64,000 bases of DNA from Octopus sinensis (lineage: Eukaryota). The position numbers were made by a program, and so were the translations under genes. This document shows positions 1 through 14,640 of the stretch, in pieces. The stretch spans positions 4,030,001 to 4,094,000 of the forward strand of contig NC_042999.1 in assembly GCF_006345805.1 (NCBI RefSeq). Direction: 5' to 3'. The notes under the pieces are model-generated. The model saw nothing but the letters and a program-made list of their open reading frames with translations. It was not told the origin of the DNA and made no database searches. Within the stretch, counting starts at the first letter, position 1, and the number at the start of each line of letters is the position of its first letter.

Positions 1-351
1 AGGAGTACGCCTTAGCTCAACAAGTGCCATTCAGATCCTGTAATAGAAGCAGCATTACATCATGATGCACATTTGGTAAGCATTGAATGTACTGTAAGTT
101 CAATGAATAGCTCACAAGAAAGTGGTTTGAATAAACTGACAGAAGTTGTTCTGTAGATGTATCATGGCCATGAATATGATGGAGTGTTGGTGGTGATAAT
201 AATTAGCATCATTTCTATGAATGGACAGCTGGCCATTTAATTTGATTCCAATTAGTATATCATAAACTGTATCTCAATTTATTATCAATTTATCATATTT
301 GTTTTCATCTATACAATATGATATTTGATTATGAAATTACCATTCTTCTAG

Positions 352-365
352 GCAGTTAATCTTTG
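352..365 (+). CDS. Candidate 14-nt microexon
   Basis: cattcttctag|GCAGTTAATCTTTG|gtaagt; in frame with the segment ending at 75 (donor gtaagc) and with 805-821. Confidence 0.45.
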
Positions 366-804
366 GTAAGTGAGTAGGAGTGAGAGAAGCTATTTATGGA
401 CTTAAAAAGTTATTGACATAAAAATTAAGAAACAGCATTGTTTATAGATATGAATGGGATTGAGATTAAAAAAAAAGATAATTTCAAGTTGAAATATGAT
501 AATGATAAAATATTGCAGATTGCATAAATATAATACATAGATATAGTGCATAAATATATCTATAAAAATTAATCTTTGCTTCGTATTAATTTTTAGTTTG
601 GTATGGTATGTGGGCAAATGAGATGTATGTGTGTTGTTTCCATAAGACTCTTTGTTCATTATCAGTACATGCTATTTTTAGAGAACATATTATTTGTTTA
701 CTATTATGGTTAACAAAACATCTGCTGCAATACTATATTAAGAAGCTTTGATGGAACCTAGATATAGAATGAATGCACAAAGATGTTTTTTTTTTCTTCT
801 TTAG

Positions 805-821
805 AAGATTATTTTTTACTG
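805..821 (+). CDS. Candidate 17-nt microexon
   Basis: Long T tract, ttcttctttag|AAGATTATTTTTTACTG|gtaaga; joined frame MMHIWQLIFEDYFLL from ATG at 62. Confidence 0.45.
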
Positions 822-1490
822 GTAAGAATTCTGTTTGTAACTAGTTTGTAATTTTCTTTCTCAGCTTTTCTGCAATCAATACCAATATACTTAAAACTAA
901 TTTTCAATGCTAAATGTCTATTTAATATAATATGTTCTTTGGCTGTATATATTCTGTTCATGATTATTATCCCTATTGAATTTCTTACATAGTAATTCAA
1001 TGATTCCTGTGATCTGATTTCAGTTCTATTCTATGACAGTTCTTATTCAATATCTTTGTCATTAGCAAAGAATCTAATTTTCTCTAGAACCAAATCCATT
1101 TACATGTGTGTGTGTGTCTACAAGCACACACGTATGTATGTATGTATGTATGTATGTATGTATGTATGTATGTATGTATATATGTGTTTGATGATAATGA
1201 TAATAATAATGATAATAATAAAAACAATGATATAATAATATAATATTATTATATCATAATAATCAAATTACTAATTGGTTTTATACAAGAGGCTGAGAAC
1301 CAAATTTGGCAATCATCAGAAATGGAAGAAAGGAATATCTTAGCATGGGCTCTTCAGCACTGGAGGCTTGAAAGTGTCACATTCAGTTTTTGGGTCTAAT
1401 GACTCACACACACACACATGCAGGCGTGTGTATAGGCACATATTGTGTGTGCACGCATACGTAATTATATATGTGAGCCTGTGTATGAAT

Positions 1491-1794
1491 ATCATCATCA
1501 TCATCATCATCGTTTAGCCTCCGCTTTCCATGCTAGCATGGGTTGGACGGTTCAACTGGGGTCTGGGAAGCCAGAAGGCTGCACCAGGCCCAGTCTTATC
1601 TGGCAGTGTTTCTACGGCTGGATGCCCTTCCTAACGCCAACCACTCCATGAGTGTAGTGGGTGCTTTTTACGTGCCACCAGCACAGGTGCCAGACGAGTC
1701 TGGCAAACGGCCACGATCAGATGGTGCTTTTTATGTGCCACCGGCATGGGGGCCAGGCGAGGCTGGCAATGGCCATGAATGGATGGTGCTTTTT
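1491..1794 (-). mobile_element. (GAT)n-tailed SINE-like retroposon (family A)
   Basis: (CAT)n tail at left; core ggatgcccttcctaacgccaaccactcc; tandem ggtgctttttacgtgccacc modules. Many copies in the window. Confidence 0.85.
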
Positions 1795-3665
1795 GAAATT
1801 CAGTCACAGGCTTTAAGCTGTAACTAATAGATAAACATTACATATGAATAAAGAATAAAGACTAAAGAATAACTAATTTAAAACTGAATGCCTCATTTCT
1901 TTTTCTTTCTATGTTGTTATGCTTCTCATTTCTCAAATCACTTTTTTGGTAAATTTGTACTTAAAACCACAAATTCTTAACTTTAATACCTATTTTATTA
2001 TGGATTCACTTTTTGGTTCATATAAATATATTTACATTGGTACAAAATCACATTTATTCAGAAAAAAACAAAAAAAAGAAGAAAGAAACAGAAAAGAAAA
2101 AGGAAAAGGAATAATATATATATATATATATCTAAGATCCAGGGATCAAGGTGTAGGAAGCAAGTTTGCTTCGAGCAAGCTGTAGTAGATATGAAAAAAC
2201 AACTTTCAGGGACAATAGTGGTTTATTAAGACAGATAGTTATGGATTTTTTTCTTCTGAGGTTCCACTTGCTATGAAACAGATGTAGCCTGGATCTTATC
2301 TACTCCATTCCATATCACTTGTGTATGTGTGTGTGTGTGTGTCTTTGCATTTGTGCCTGTCCTCCACCACTGCTTAGCAGCCGATGTTGGTGTATTTGCA
2401 TCTCTGCAATTTAGCAATTCACCAAAAGAGACCAATAGAATATGTACCAGGCTTTACAGAAAGTTATAAGTACTGGAATTGATTTGTTTGACTAAAATTC
2501 TTCAAGGCATTGCTCCAACATGGTTGCAGTCTAATGACAAACAAGTAAAAGATAAAAGATTTCAGTTCAGATCACTCTAAAACAGGAAATTTGTATCATA
2601 GAACCAGAAGCAGTCTTAGGTGGGTTGGTATCAAAAGGATTAAACATGATCTCTGCTTCTAATTCGAAAATGAAATAATGATTTGCACTTGATATCTAAA
2701 ACATTTAATGTCATTGCACACATAGTGTAATAGCCTAAAGCTGCTAACTAACTCAACTTTATTGCACAAACAAATTCAATCAATTTCCATTCCTTTTATT
2801 GTTGTTAACTGTAGCAGATGTTGTGGTATATCAGCGTTTATGAGAACCAACTTCTTCACACATTGCAGACACTTTCCATATGTTACTAATAATGTTCTTC
2901 GTATAACAACTCACAACTTCCTTTTTCTTCCTTCTCTCTCTCTCTCTCCTTCTCTCTCCCTCTCTCTAATGCACTCACTGATGAAATAAAGCAATGAATT
3001 TGTATCAGAATCAATGGAGCTGCGCTGCATCTTTGTGCTGTAGACTGAAACTTTTCAGTCATAATTTACCTATAAAAGTTAAGATGGTGGTGGTGGTGGT
3101 GGTGGCTGCAGCAATAGTTATTGTCACTGCAAATATTGTTGTTTAACCCCTGGTTAGCTCTGATCAAGCATACCTCTCATCAAGGGTTATCCAGCCATGA
3201 CCATTTTGCCTTACTTACTGACACTGTGTATCTCAGCCTGCATTATCCAATATACCCATATACCCATAGTATACCAAATATGTCACTGAAAGATTTGGCT
3301 GCTATTTCTTGTACGTCGAGCGTCCACATAAAACATTTCTTGTTGGTTTCATACAAAATCTTTAATGTGTGTGTGTTTATTCTTAAACAAGAATGTTGTT
3401 GATTGTTACTTCAAAGTTTCAGCCAGTTAAGCTATCATTGGACAGCACTGCATTAGAATTCATCATAGCTTAACTCAACAAAGGCTATATAAAGCCATGA
3501 TTAACTCTAATACATCGCAGTCCAAAGATGGCTTAACAGGCCAAAACTTTGAAGTCCCTGTCAACAACTTATTTAAGAACAAACTTTTACCCTACAAAAG
3601 TGTAGAGTAACCCCTCAGCGTAATGTAAAATTGTTTGTATTATAACTGAACATAAAAACAAACAC

Positions 3666-4051
3666 GGAGTGGCTGTGTGGTAAATAGCTTGCTAACCAAC
3701 CACATGGTTCCGGGTTCAGTCCCACTGTGTGGCACCTTAGGCAAGTGTCTTCTACTATAGCCTTGGGCCGACCAATGCCTTGTGAGTGGATTTGGTAGAC
3801 GGAAACTGAAAGAAGCCTGTCGTATATATGTATACATATATGTATGTGTGTGTTTGTGTGTCTGTGTTTGTCCCCTTAGCATTGCTTGACAACCGATGCT
3901 GGTGTGTTTATGTCCCCGTCACTTAGTGGTTCGGCAAAAAGAGACCAATAGAATAAGTACTGAGCTTACAAAGAATAAGTCCCGGAGTCGAGTTGCTCAA
4001 CTAAAGGTGGTGCTCCAGCATGGCCGCAGCAAATGACTGAAACAAGTAAAA

Positions 4052-4053
<2 letters not shown>
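3666..4053 (+). mobile_element. tRNA-derived SINE with CORE-like centre (family B)
   Basis: A-box/B-box-like head (ggctgtgtggt, ggttcagtccc), caccttaggcaagtgtctt, internal (TA/TG) tract, 3' end tgactgaaacaagtaaaaga. Confidence 0.85.

Positions 4054-4112
<59 letters not shown>
4053..4112. repeat. (AT)n microsatellite at a SINE 3' end
   Basis: Directly visible. Confidence 0.95.
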
Positions 4113-4116
<4 letters not shown>

Positions 4117-4720
4117 TAGAAAGAGAGAGAGAGAAAGATACATACATACATTTTATAAACTCTTCCATCATTCAGTGATGGATAAGGGTTGCACAATTTC
4201 TCGAACAAACTGAACAGATGTTTTGTTTAGAGTGATCAAATATTTGTGTTCACATATGCTCACTCCCCCCATCAGCTTGACACTACCTGTACAGGTGCAC
4301 ATGTGTGCTATACATCAGATATTGAATTGATTGGAAAGCAATGTGAAATGAAGTGTTTTGCTCAAGAACATAATGCAGCACCCAGTCTGGGAATCAAAAC
4401 CATGATCTCATAACTGTGAATGCCATACCTAAAGCCACCAGCCCATACACTTTCATACACACACACACACACATCATTGGTTCCAAATTTTGGCACGAGG
4501 CCAGCAATCTCTGGGGTAGGGGGTAAGTCAATTACATCAACTTCAGTGCTCTACTGGTACTTATTTTATCGACCCCAAAAGGGATGAAAACCAGATCAAC
4601 CTTGGCAGAATTTGAACTCGCAATGTGAAGACGGACAAAATGCATCTAAGCATCTTTCCTGGCATGCTAACGATTCTGCTGGCTCACTGACTTATAAATA
4701 TATATATCATTAGCAATTAA

Positions 4721-5116
4721 TTCTTTTACTTGTTTCAGTCATTTGACTGTGGCCATGCTGGAGCACCACCTTAAAGGGTGTTAGTCAAAGAAATCGTCCC
4801 CAGAACTTATTCTTTGTTAGCCTAATACTTATTCTATAAGTCTTTTTTGCCGAACTGCTAAGTTATGGGGATGTAGACACACCAACATCAGTTGTCAACT
4901 GATGGTGGCAGGGAAAAACACAGACAGACAAACACACACACACACACACACACATATACATATTGGCTTCTTTCTTTTTCCACCTGCCAAATCCACTCAC
5001 AAGGTCAGCCCAAGGCTATAGTAGAAGACACTTACCCAAGGTGCCATGCAGTGGGACTGAACCCGGAACCATGTGATTGGGAAGCATGCGTCTTACCACA
5101 CAGCCATGCCTGCACC
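4721..5116 (-). mobile_element. Family B SINE
   Basis: Reverse complement of the 3666-4053 type. Confidence 0.8.
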
Positions 5117-8100
5117 TATATACATCATTGACAAGATTGATATTGGTCAGCACCAGTCAGCTTGTGGTAGAGACAGCTGATTGAACATTTTAACTGGCTA
5201 CCATATCTTTATTATAGGCATAAGCATGAAAATCACTTCCCAACCATATGGTTTAAGGTTTAGTTCCACAGTGTGTCACCTTTGGCAAGTGTTTGCTACT
5301 ATAACCCTGGCCTTATAAATGAATTTGGTAGATGTTATTGAAAGAAGCTCATCCTGTATACATATATGTGTGTGTGCGCTTATTTGTTCTTGCCTTGGCA
5401 GACTCCAATTGTAGCTGTGTGCATTACCATCATGCAAGTTGTGTAATTCATTTCCATGAAAATATGTTCAACCAAGAGGAAGCAGTACCTTGCTTGGAAA
5501 CAGGTGGGATTGGCAATAAAACAGGAAATGCAATGGGCCATAGAACATCTCTTTCAAAGAATTTCATCTCATCAATGCAAACATGGAATAGTTGGCTTTA
5601 AGTACTTAATATATGTAGCTTCTATTTTAAATGTAATTTGCTGATAGCAGTTTTTTTGTTTTGTTTTGTTTTTTTTTCACCTATACCCAGTTGGGGTTTG
5701 AATAATCAATCTTCAATAAGCAGAGAAGATTTGTATCCAGTATATCATTCCAGTGTAGATTTACTTCAGTTAATACATATACGGTTCTATATGAAGCAAC
5801 ACTAACACTCAAAACAAATCATGAAATTTATGTCATTAATATTTCATGAAATTAGAATAAAATCTTGTTTGTTTCATTTGATAGGAATTTTTTGAAAATT
5901 GTTCATAATATATGCCATTAACTAATTTTTGCAAATTACAAAATTTCCATTCAGCAGTTTTAATGCTTTTTGTGATTATCTGCATTTTCTCATTATAATC
6001 TCTGTAAATATATTAAAAATAAATGAAGTAATATATATGTCTGATATAGCACCACCTGATGGAATCTATTAAGTCATTTTTTAAATCAAGCTTTCTGGTA
6101 TCATAACCCAATAAAGTAGGGAGTTGTTATTGATGAAGATATATCCAGATAAAGATGGTTTGTTTGGTATCCCTTGAAAAACTTTATCCTGATATAGAAG
6201 TAGAAACATATGCATGACACACATACACACACACATGCACACACACACGCACAGACATACACATGCACAAGCACACTTTTGTACACACTCACACATATAC
6301 ACACATATCATTCATCTAAAAATCTCTCTTAGTATTTTTCAAGAAAAAATTTAAACCAGAAACATCATGATTAATATTAGTCACATATAAGTTATATATG
6401 TGCAACAGTATTAGGATAGTAAGCAATATTCCAATCTAAAAACACACAGACAGACACACATAAATAGGTACATTTATTCCTTTACATAGAGATTAAAAAA
6501 ATTGAAACATTAATGCAAAGAAACATAAATCGTAGCTGAAATACACACATAGATATACCATTAAAAGCTTCAGCATTTGCAGGAGGATGAGGAGGGAAAG
6601 AAAAAAGCAACTCCTCCCATAACATTTTTCTCTTGAAAACATTTATATTCTCAATGAATGAAACATGTGTAAGCACTCAGTCATGCATACACATAGCAAA
6701 TATACACATAAGAAGTGCCATCTAAGTATATCAGGTGATAATATTCAGATACACAAATATAGGAATACAAAAAATACAAATATACATTGCCACAAACAGC
6801 TCTTTGGTTCATACACCTATTTATGCACCACACGTATAGATATTGCAGGGTAATAAATAGTCAACTTAACACACATAAAATACAAACATTATTTTCTCAT
6901 AAAAAATATGTACTCAAACTTAGACTTGTTTGATATTACGCATAGTCACACACATATATTACCACAGGCATAGATATAGGCAGATGGAGACATTTAGACA
7001 CTAACATTGAATATAATATCATATAGAAAAAATCATCTATGTAGTTGATACTTTATATAACTACCTAAATACGTGTACATGTATACATAGAAATGCTTCT
7101 GAACTTATATCATAAATATGTTTGTCCATGAAACAAAACATAAACGTTCATTTGAATGTGATAGCACGATCATACATTAGTTTACATGAACACATTATTG
7201 CATTCAAGTAACACATACACATGGTGCATACTCGTATGCACAAATAAAACAAGAAATTCATTGACAAACAACATTCTTGTATAAACTCTCATACACACAC
7301 ACATACATACACACATACACACACATTCACACAGGTAATGCATTCACACATGCATAATCTCACAAAAGTTCACTCGAATAAAAATACGTGCACATAAAAA
7401 CCACATTTCACATATACATACATTTGTTAAAACACGTGAATATTGAAATGTAACCAATAGTTAGACATCTAATTATATACAGGAACACAGATATATTTAG
7501 ACAAAAATCAGAGGTTGGTTTGTTTATTTAATCCCCCAAAATTTTATAGAAGTAATTGACATAAGAATGCGTTTTCATTCTATGATGTTAACTTTCACTT
7601 AGCACAGAATTCTTTCTTTGATGATGAGTTATTTTGCAGAAAATATTAATGTCTTTTGATGTCGTTACAGTTGCATCGTATGCCAGCAAGAGAATTCTAG
7701 AGTCATAACTAAATTAATTTTCATTTTGCTATTCAGTGTTATTCCATTTATTAAAATTTTCTCTGCTTTATTGTTTTTTTTAAATACTGAACATTTATAC
7801 AAAGCTCTTTACAATTTCTACGAAATTATGCAGCTACATCCTTTCTTCTCCTTCTCTCGGTTACTCTTATCAGATGCATATACATATATGAAATTACTTT
7901 TGAGAGAGAGAGAGAGAGAGAGAGGGCGAAAAAGAAAAACAAAAGACAGAAAGAAAAAGAGATAGAAAGATAGATAGTGAGAGAGAGAGAGAGAATATGA
8001 GTATGTTTGTGTGTCTTTGAGTGTGTGTATGTACGCATGCTTATGTGGGTACATAATTATTTGAAGCACTAGATAGTATGATACCTGAATAAGTTCACTG

Positions 8101-8277
8101 TATAAAATCATGTGTGATATTGAAAACAACATACAAATAATGAAAATATATCTCATTTTCCTGTAGAATAATTTTGAGGTTATAACCCCAAGTATTTCCG
8201 GCAAATCATGTACATAATTAGATATGTATGTACATTTGTATGTATGCATACATCTATTTCTGCATGCACATTTATGC

Positions 8278-8282
<5 letters not shown>

Positions 8283-8312
<30 letters not shown>

Positions 8313-8420
8313 TGTATGTATGTATGTATGTATGTATGTATGTGTGTATGTATGTATGAGTGCGTGTTTGTATACATAGGTGTGTGTGTGGATAGATAGA
8401 TAGATAGATAGATAGATATA
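8283..8420. repeat. (TATG)n and (GATA)n microsatellites
   Basis: Directly visible. Confidence 0.9.
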
Positions 8421-9169
8421 TTTGCATGTATATGTATGTGTAAATGTGTATGCATTAATAAGTTAATGACAGAACAGATGTATAATCACTTTCATTAGCT
8501 TACAGCTGTTACTGCTATAAGGAATTGTTTACCCAGAGTCGTTTACCAGCTTATAGCTCCCTCAGAGCCATTTCAATAAAGTGTTTCTTTGTTTGGGAAA
8601 TGATTTAGATATATAGATGGTCACATATTGACACACATATAAAATAGACACCTATGTAATATAGACATAGATGTAATATAATAAACTTTGGTAGATAAAT
8701 TACTGAAAATTTATTCTTCTATCGTTTTGGTAATTTATATGCTGAGTATATTCTGTAAAATGTTTGACAATTGAAAGGGTACCCAGCTATAGAAACAAAA
8801 CAAATGAACACAGGCACCAGTCTATGGGAACAGTGGCTCTCAATAAGAAATAACTCAGAAAAGGTTGAGCTATCCAACCCATGCCAGCATGAAAACAAAT
8901 TACATATGGTCTGTAAACACAGTACAAGGTTGAACAGTGTTGGGAAGCAATAAATTTGGGAAGGTGAAGAAGCACATATACTTAGAACGGATAGTAAATA
9001 TATGCAGAGACATGAAAATTGAAAAGGCATGTAAATTAAAAAGGAGAATGGAATGGGTTTGCTTCAATTAAACATGTGCATGTAGCAAAACTGAACATGA
9101 CCCTGAATTCCAGTTTCTGCAATAATATCATTCTTCCTGTACAGGTTAGATGTGGACTGCTTCAAAGAT

Positions 9170-9450
9170 GGAAGATCAACGATTAGGTATGCTCAAGTGG
9201 ACCATAGTATGGTCCGTGCTAGGAATGTCAGTGTGTATGTGTGGGGAATTATATCTGAAATAAGATAATTCAAGAACAGAGTGGAGTAAATGCTGTGATG
9301 GCTGAATACTGGAAGCATGTTTCATTGAGTTGGACATGTTGCAAGATTCACAGACAATAGGTGCAATTGTTGAAAGGCATTCAAGAGGTTTGAGAGAAAA
9401 AATAACACTCAGTAAATGTACCAAAATATGTGGAGACAACAATATAAGTC
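9170..9450 (+). mobile_element. RTE LINE 3' fragment
   Basis: FH*VGHVARFTDNR (WAGHVARxxDNRW motif). Confidence 0.65.
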
Positions 9451-9766
9451 AAACAACATGAGTTAAATCAGAAGAAAAGTATACAACCAAGAGGAGAATG
9501 AAGGTGCATAATGGTCAGAAATGTTTAGGGACATCTGATAGTCTGGTTGATGAAGAGATAGTTTGGTGTACACACACACACATATGCACACATATATAGA
9601 AAAATAAAAAAAGGATCGAAAAATGCAGTAAATTTTAATGTATATATTTGAATAAATCAAGTTTTATTTTTTAACATAGGAGATAAATATTTCTGTTATA
9701 TATTTATATGTATGAAAATAAAGATATGAATTATGTTTTCACATAACAAAAGCTTTCCTATAACAG

Positions 9767-9802
9767 TTTAACTGTAAGAATATTGGTGAATATTTTCACA
9801 AG
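9767..9802 (+). CDS. Candidate 36-nt exon
   Basis: ctttcctataacag| ... CACAAG|gtgagt; two open frames (FNCKNIGEYFHK or LTVRILVNIFT). Confidence 0.35.
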
Positions 9803-10662
9803 GTGAGTTTTACATGTGTATAAAAAAAGAGGGCGAATCATATATTACTGAAAAGTTTTCAAATAAAAAGAGTTTTTGTCTAAAAAGTTTTACTAAATAA
9901 ATTTTTATGCATGTTGTAACCAGAAGAGGATTTTGCAAAAGGAAAGTTACATTTTAATAACTGGTTTCCCTGTTATTCAGTTATCAATGTTTAAAGTAGG
10001 TTTTAATGTGTGTGTGTGTGTGTATGTGTGTGTGTGTGTATATATATATATTAATAATATAAGGGTAAAATTTATTAATTAAAATAATTAATTAATCAAT
10101 CAATTAATTAATAATTTCACCAAGTAGTTCAGTACATTAAAATAACCTTTATAGGTAAAATTATACAAATATTTTATAATTATAAACATAATTATAATTC
10201 AGCTAATTGCCTCACCACATACCGAATTTTAGAAATAGGAGTTAAGATTCCTTTTAGCTACTCCATGATGGTAACATACTTTTTTACGAAGGCAAAGAGA
10301 AAAACAATGAATCAACACGACCAGGATTAATATATATACCTTGTTGAAGCAACACACAAATTCACATAATCTTGCAAACCAAATGCAAAAATGAAGTGTG
10401 TCATCATCATCATCATCTACCTCTATTTGGCTGTTTTTTCCTGTTAACTGATGACATTTTTCTGCCCATCGTGATTTTGTCTTTCACTTTTCAAACCAGT
10501 TTGTTTTGTCCTTGTCTCAAAATATAATGAGAAATGTCTATTATAGTTCCAGTTCAATAATCTTGTCTTGCTTACTTCAACAAATAAGTTGATGTTTCCC
10601 TTTCGTTACCGTATTTATTTTGAGATGCTCTGTGTTTCTTTCAATTACTTTAAATGATGATG

Positions 10663-10965
10663 ATCATCATCATCATCGTTTAGCGTCCGTTTTCCATGCT
10701 AGCATGGGTTGGACGGTCCTACTGGGGTCTGTGAAGCCAGAAGGCTTCATCAGGCCCAGTCAAATCTGGCAGTGTTTCTATGGCTGGATGCCCTTCCTAA
10801 CGCCAACCACTCCGTGAGTGTAGTGGGTGCTTTTTACGTGCCACCCGCACTGGTGCCAGACAGAGCTGGCAAACGGCCACGAACGGATGGTGCTTTTTAT
10901 GTGCCACCGGCACGAGGGCCAGGCGAGGCTGGCAACGGACACGAAACAGGGCGGTGCTGGCAACA
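10663..10965 (-). mobile_element. Family A SINE-like copy
   Basis: Close match to 1491-1794 and near-identical inverted match to 37130-37352. Confidence 0.85.
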
Positions 10966-12844
10966 CAACAAAGAATTTAGTAAAATAACTTAGTTACCAT
11001 TAAGCTAGTGTTAGGAACATAAATTGTGACTAAGGTTTCATGAAAGATTTTAATTCAAAACTTATGAAAACAAGACATTTGGACTCAGAGCCAGAGCTGG
11101 GTTGGTATCGAAAGGGTTAACTGCTTGCACAATTCACTGTTATTAAAAGTGTACACACACACACACTCATGTGTGTGTGTGTGTGTGTGTGCTTATTTGT
11201 TGGGGGTCTTTTGGGGTTTTTTTGTACAAAGTCTATGACTGAATTATAATTTTTTCCCTCAGTAGGGCAGCTTGATTGTCCATCATTAAAATTGAAATGG
11301 TTAATTGCATTACACACAGTCTAGTTTTCGAAAGAGGTGAGAAAAATATTATTAATTATTTCTAGTTCAGTTTCATCACATATATAAAAATTACTTTTTA
11401 ATGACATGTTGGGGCCCTTGGTAATGCAAGTTATAACCACAATGACTGAATACATCTGCTGCTACTGCAGCTGCTGCAGTTGATAGAAATGCTACAATTC
11501 AGTTTAATTTTAGATTGTTTTTGAGAAAGACGAGAATTTTCTTCAATTTTTCTTCACTTAATTTCATATGCATATTTTGAGATTAGATGCTCTGAAAGCT
11601 TTCTGGTCAAAAACAGAAAAGGTTGAAAAAAGTTCTCCTAGGACTACATGCTCAGACAGGATGCTGGTGGATAACTGTCTCTCTAGGAAATGGAAGCAAC
11701 AGCAGACCATTGGTGCAAATATGTGTGCATGTATGTACCTGATGTGTGAGTGCAAGTATCTGGTGCATGTATGTATTGGCTACACATTTGTGTGTGTATG
11801 TGTGCACAAACCAGTCTCATTTATGTACATGCAGAGATGTTTGTTCTCAGTAACCTCTTTTATATATTTTCTAAAGTACAATTCTTCATTATTATAAAAG
11901 CTTAACTTCCATTTTTTTGGTATACCTTTGAGATTTGTTCTTGTTTATTTTTTTCCTGAAAATTACGATTTTATAATTTGTTCATCTTCATTTTATGATT
12001 TCTACTGAATTGACCTTGTTTTAATTTTCTCCTCATGTATGCACACAGATACACACACATATTCAAAAGCACATACACACAAATGCACAGAAGGTCTGCC
12101 TCTAACTACTTCCTACTTCTGCAGGATGAAAAAGTTCACTGTAGAGAGACTTTTTGAATACCTTGTACTATGGGCTTCTTTCAGTTTCCATCCACCCACA
12201 AAGCATTGGTTGGCTTGAGACTATAGTAGACGACACTTGCCCAGTGTGTCATGTGGTTTGGAAGCAAACTTCTTTTATTCATTTATTCATTAGATTGGCC
12301 ATAAAGGCCTTACAAAGACAGGAAGCTAAGGATTGACCACACTTGGATGGTGCTTATTATGTACCACCAGTACAGGTGCCAGTCAGGTGGCACTGGCATC
12401 GGTCACACTTGAATGGTGCTTTTTATGTGCCACCAGCACGGTTTGTTTACATTGCTGTAACTTAGGGGTTCAGCAAAAGAGACCAATAGAATAAGTACCA
12501 AACTTTAAAAAAACAAATCTTTTAAAAAAAATAAGTTCAAAATTTCTATTATATACTAGAAATTTCTATTAGTTTTTACTCTGTAATTAATTCTAAATGT
12601 TTATAAATCTATCTCTACCTGTTATTTTTTTATCTTTTACTTGTTTCAGTCAACTGCCTTATGAAATGATGATTTAATGGAATAAATTGCTTTTTAATGT
12701 TGCCAGTATTAATTTTGTAAATATACAAGAGAGATTAATTCACAATCTACTATGCCGGGAATAAAGAGATAATGTGTTTTGCTGTATAATTTCCTTGTCA
12801 ATATATTGGAGTGGTATCAGGATATTCAGTGCCTATATGTAATG

Positions 12845-13350
12845 TACACTCCTCTCTCCCAGCATAAGATGTGTACCCCTTTTGCCAGCTCTACTATGTA
12901 TACCCACTTCTAGCCCTGTAAGGTTCATCTCCTCTCATCCCTACAGTGGGCCCTCCTTTCTTCCATCCCTACAATGTGTACCCCTTCTTTCAGCTCGAAA
13001 ATGTTTTCTCTTCTCCCAGGCCTGAAATATGCAGCCTCTTCTGCAAACTCTACTCTGTATCCCTACTCTTCTTCTAACCCTACAGCATCCAACCTCTTCT
13101 CCTAGCTCTACAATGTGTTCCCATTTCTCCTAATCATACAATATATATACCCTCTTCTCTTCCAGTCTTATAAAATTCACCCCTTTTCTATTCCCTGCAT
13201 TGTGAACATCCTTTCTCCAGCCCTCCATTGCACACAGCCTTCTTCTAGCTCTACAATGTGTGCTCCCACCTACTGCCAGCTCTACAATGTATGCCCCCAT
13301 TTTGCACTTTTACAATGTTCTCCCTTTTCCCCAGCACTACTTTGTAACCC
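12845..13350. repeat. Degenerate minisatellite, about 28-bp unit (cagctctacaatgtgtaccccttctc-like)
   Basis: ctac-like anchors at 13080, 13108, 13136, 13168, 13195, 13223, 13251, 13282, 13310 and 13337. Confidence 0.75.
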
Positions 13351-14154
13351 TCTTTGGCAATTTGTTCTCTTACTCCCCCGCCAATTATCATCCTCTTTAC
13401 ATCAGCTGAAAAATTACTTCCATGTCTATTAATACTATCCAGTCATATATCGAAGAAAATTGTGGGAAAATGGGTAAATAATCCTCATTTGTGAATCTCC
13501 CATGATTACATTTCGCAATCTCATTCTAAGCATAGTCATTAAATGCACATCAAATGAAATACCATTTTAAAGCAATTGTTTAAGGTAGTGACATCTTTTT
13601 CTTTAAATCTATAAGTATCTTTGAAACTAAACTAGAATTTTATTTTAGTACAGAAAATTTTCCTCCTCCTCTTCATCATCATCATCATCCTCATCTTCAT
13701 TATCATTATCGTCACCATCATCTTTTAACGTCCATGGTTTGATAGAATCTAAAAGGTTGAGCACAACACTGTATTCAAATATCTGCTTTGGAATAGTTTT
13801 TTGGTTGGATGCCCTTCTTAATTCTTACCACTTTACAAAGTTTATTGGATGCATTTTTCACAACACCAGCACTAGTTAGGTTGCACATGGCTCACAAGAC
13901 TAAGATACTCTTTAAATGAGTGGAACAATGAGAGAGAGGGAGGGAGGCAACTTTATGTTAGGTGATGAAGGCCTACTATCTGAAAAAAGGAGCTGGAACA
14001 GGCAACACAAATATTCATCTATATTAAGCATTCCCTCATTAATCATGATGATCATGACACTTTATTTGCAGTTAAGTAGCCTTGGGATATACATTGTTAA
14101 GTACCTTGCATAAAAAGGTTTTTATTTCTAATATAAACGAAGAACTCATAACCA

Positions 14155-14640
14155 TAACCTTTTTGTTACTATATTTCTGTTGAAATACACATATTTTACA
14201 ATTACTTTTAAAATAAGGAATAATTGATTGAGATAACTTGGTCATTTTAAGCTGGTGTTTAGAACATAAGTTAACAGGAAAATTTGATAGAAAGTTTTCA
14301 AATAATTTTAACCCTTATGATACCGACCCACCTGAGACTGCTCTTTGTTCTATGGATGGAAATGTTTTTAGATCACTTTAAAACACGATAGACCAAGAGG
14401 GCATTCTCAAGTGGATTGGTATAGCATTTAAACCAGCCATATCAGTCCCAAATATTCTACCTGTTTTATGTTCAAACTGGATAGATCCAGCCTCTCACAC
14501 TTACCCTACAATATCATTCTAAAAACAAGCAGTCAAATCATTGAAGTCTAGAAGCTATGATATAATACAAGATTAATTCAAAATGACGTGAATAAATAAG
14601 CACTATATTTGGAAGAGTAATCTGCCTGTTAAAGGGTTAA
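14155..14640. mobile_element. Composite piggyBac-like MITEs; related pieces at about 2560-2645, 10975-11120, 44715-44925 and 46710-46930
   Basis: Ends taacc(c)ttt and aaagggttaa, i.e. CCC termini with TTAA, characteristic of piggyBac. Confidence 0.6.
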
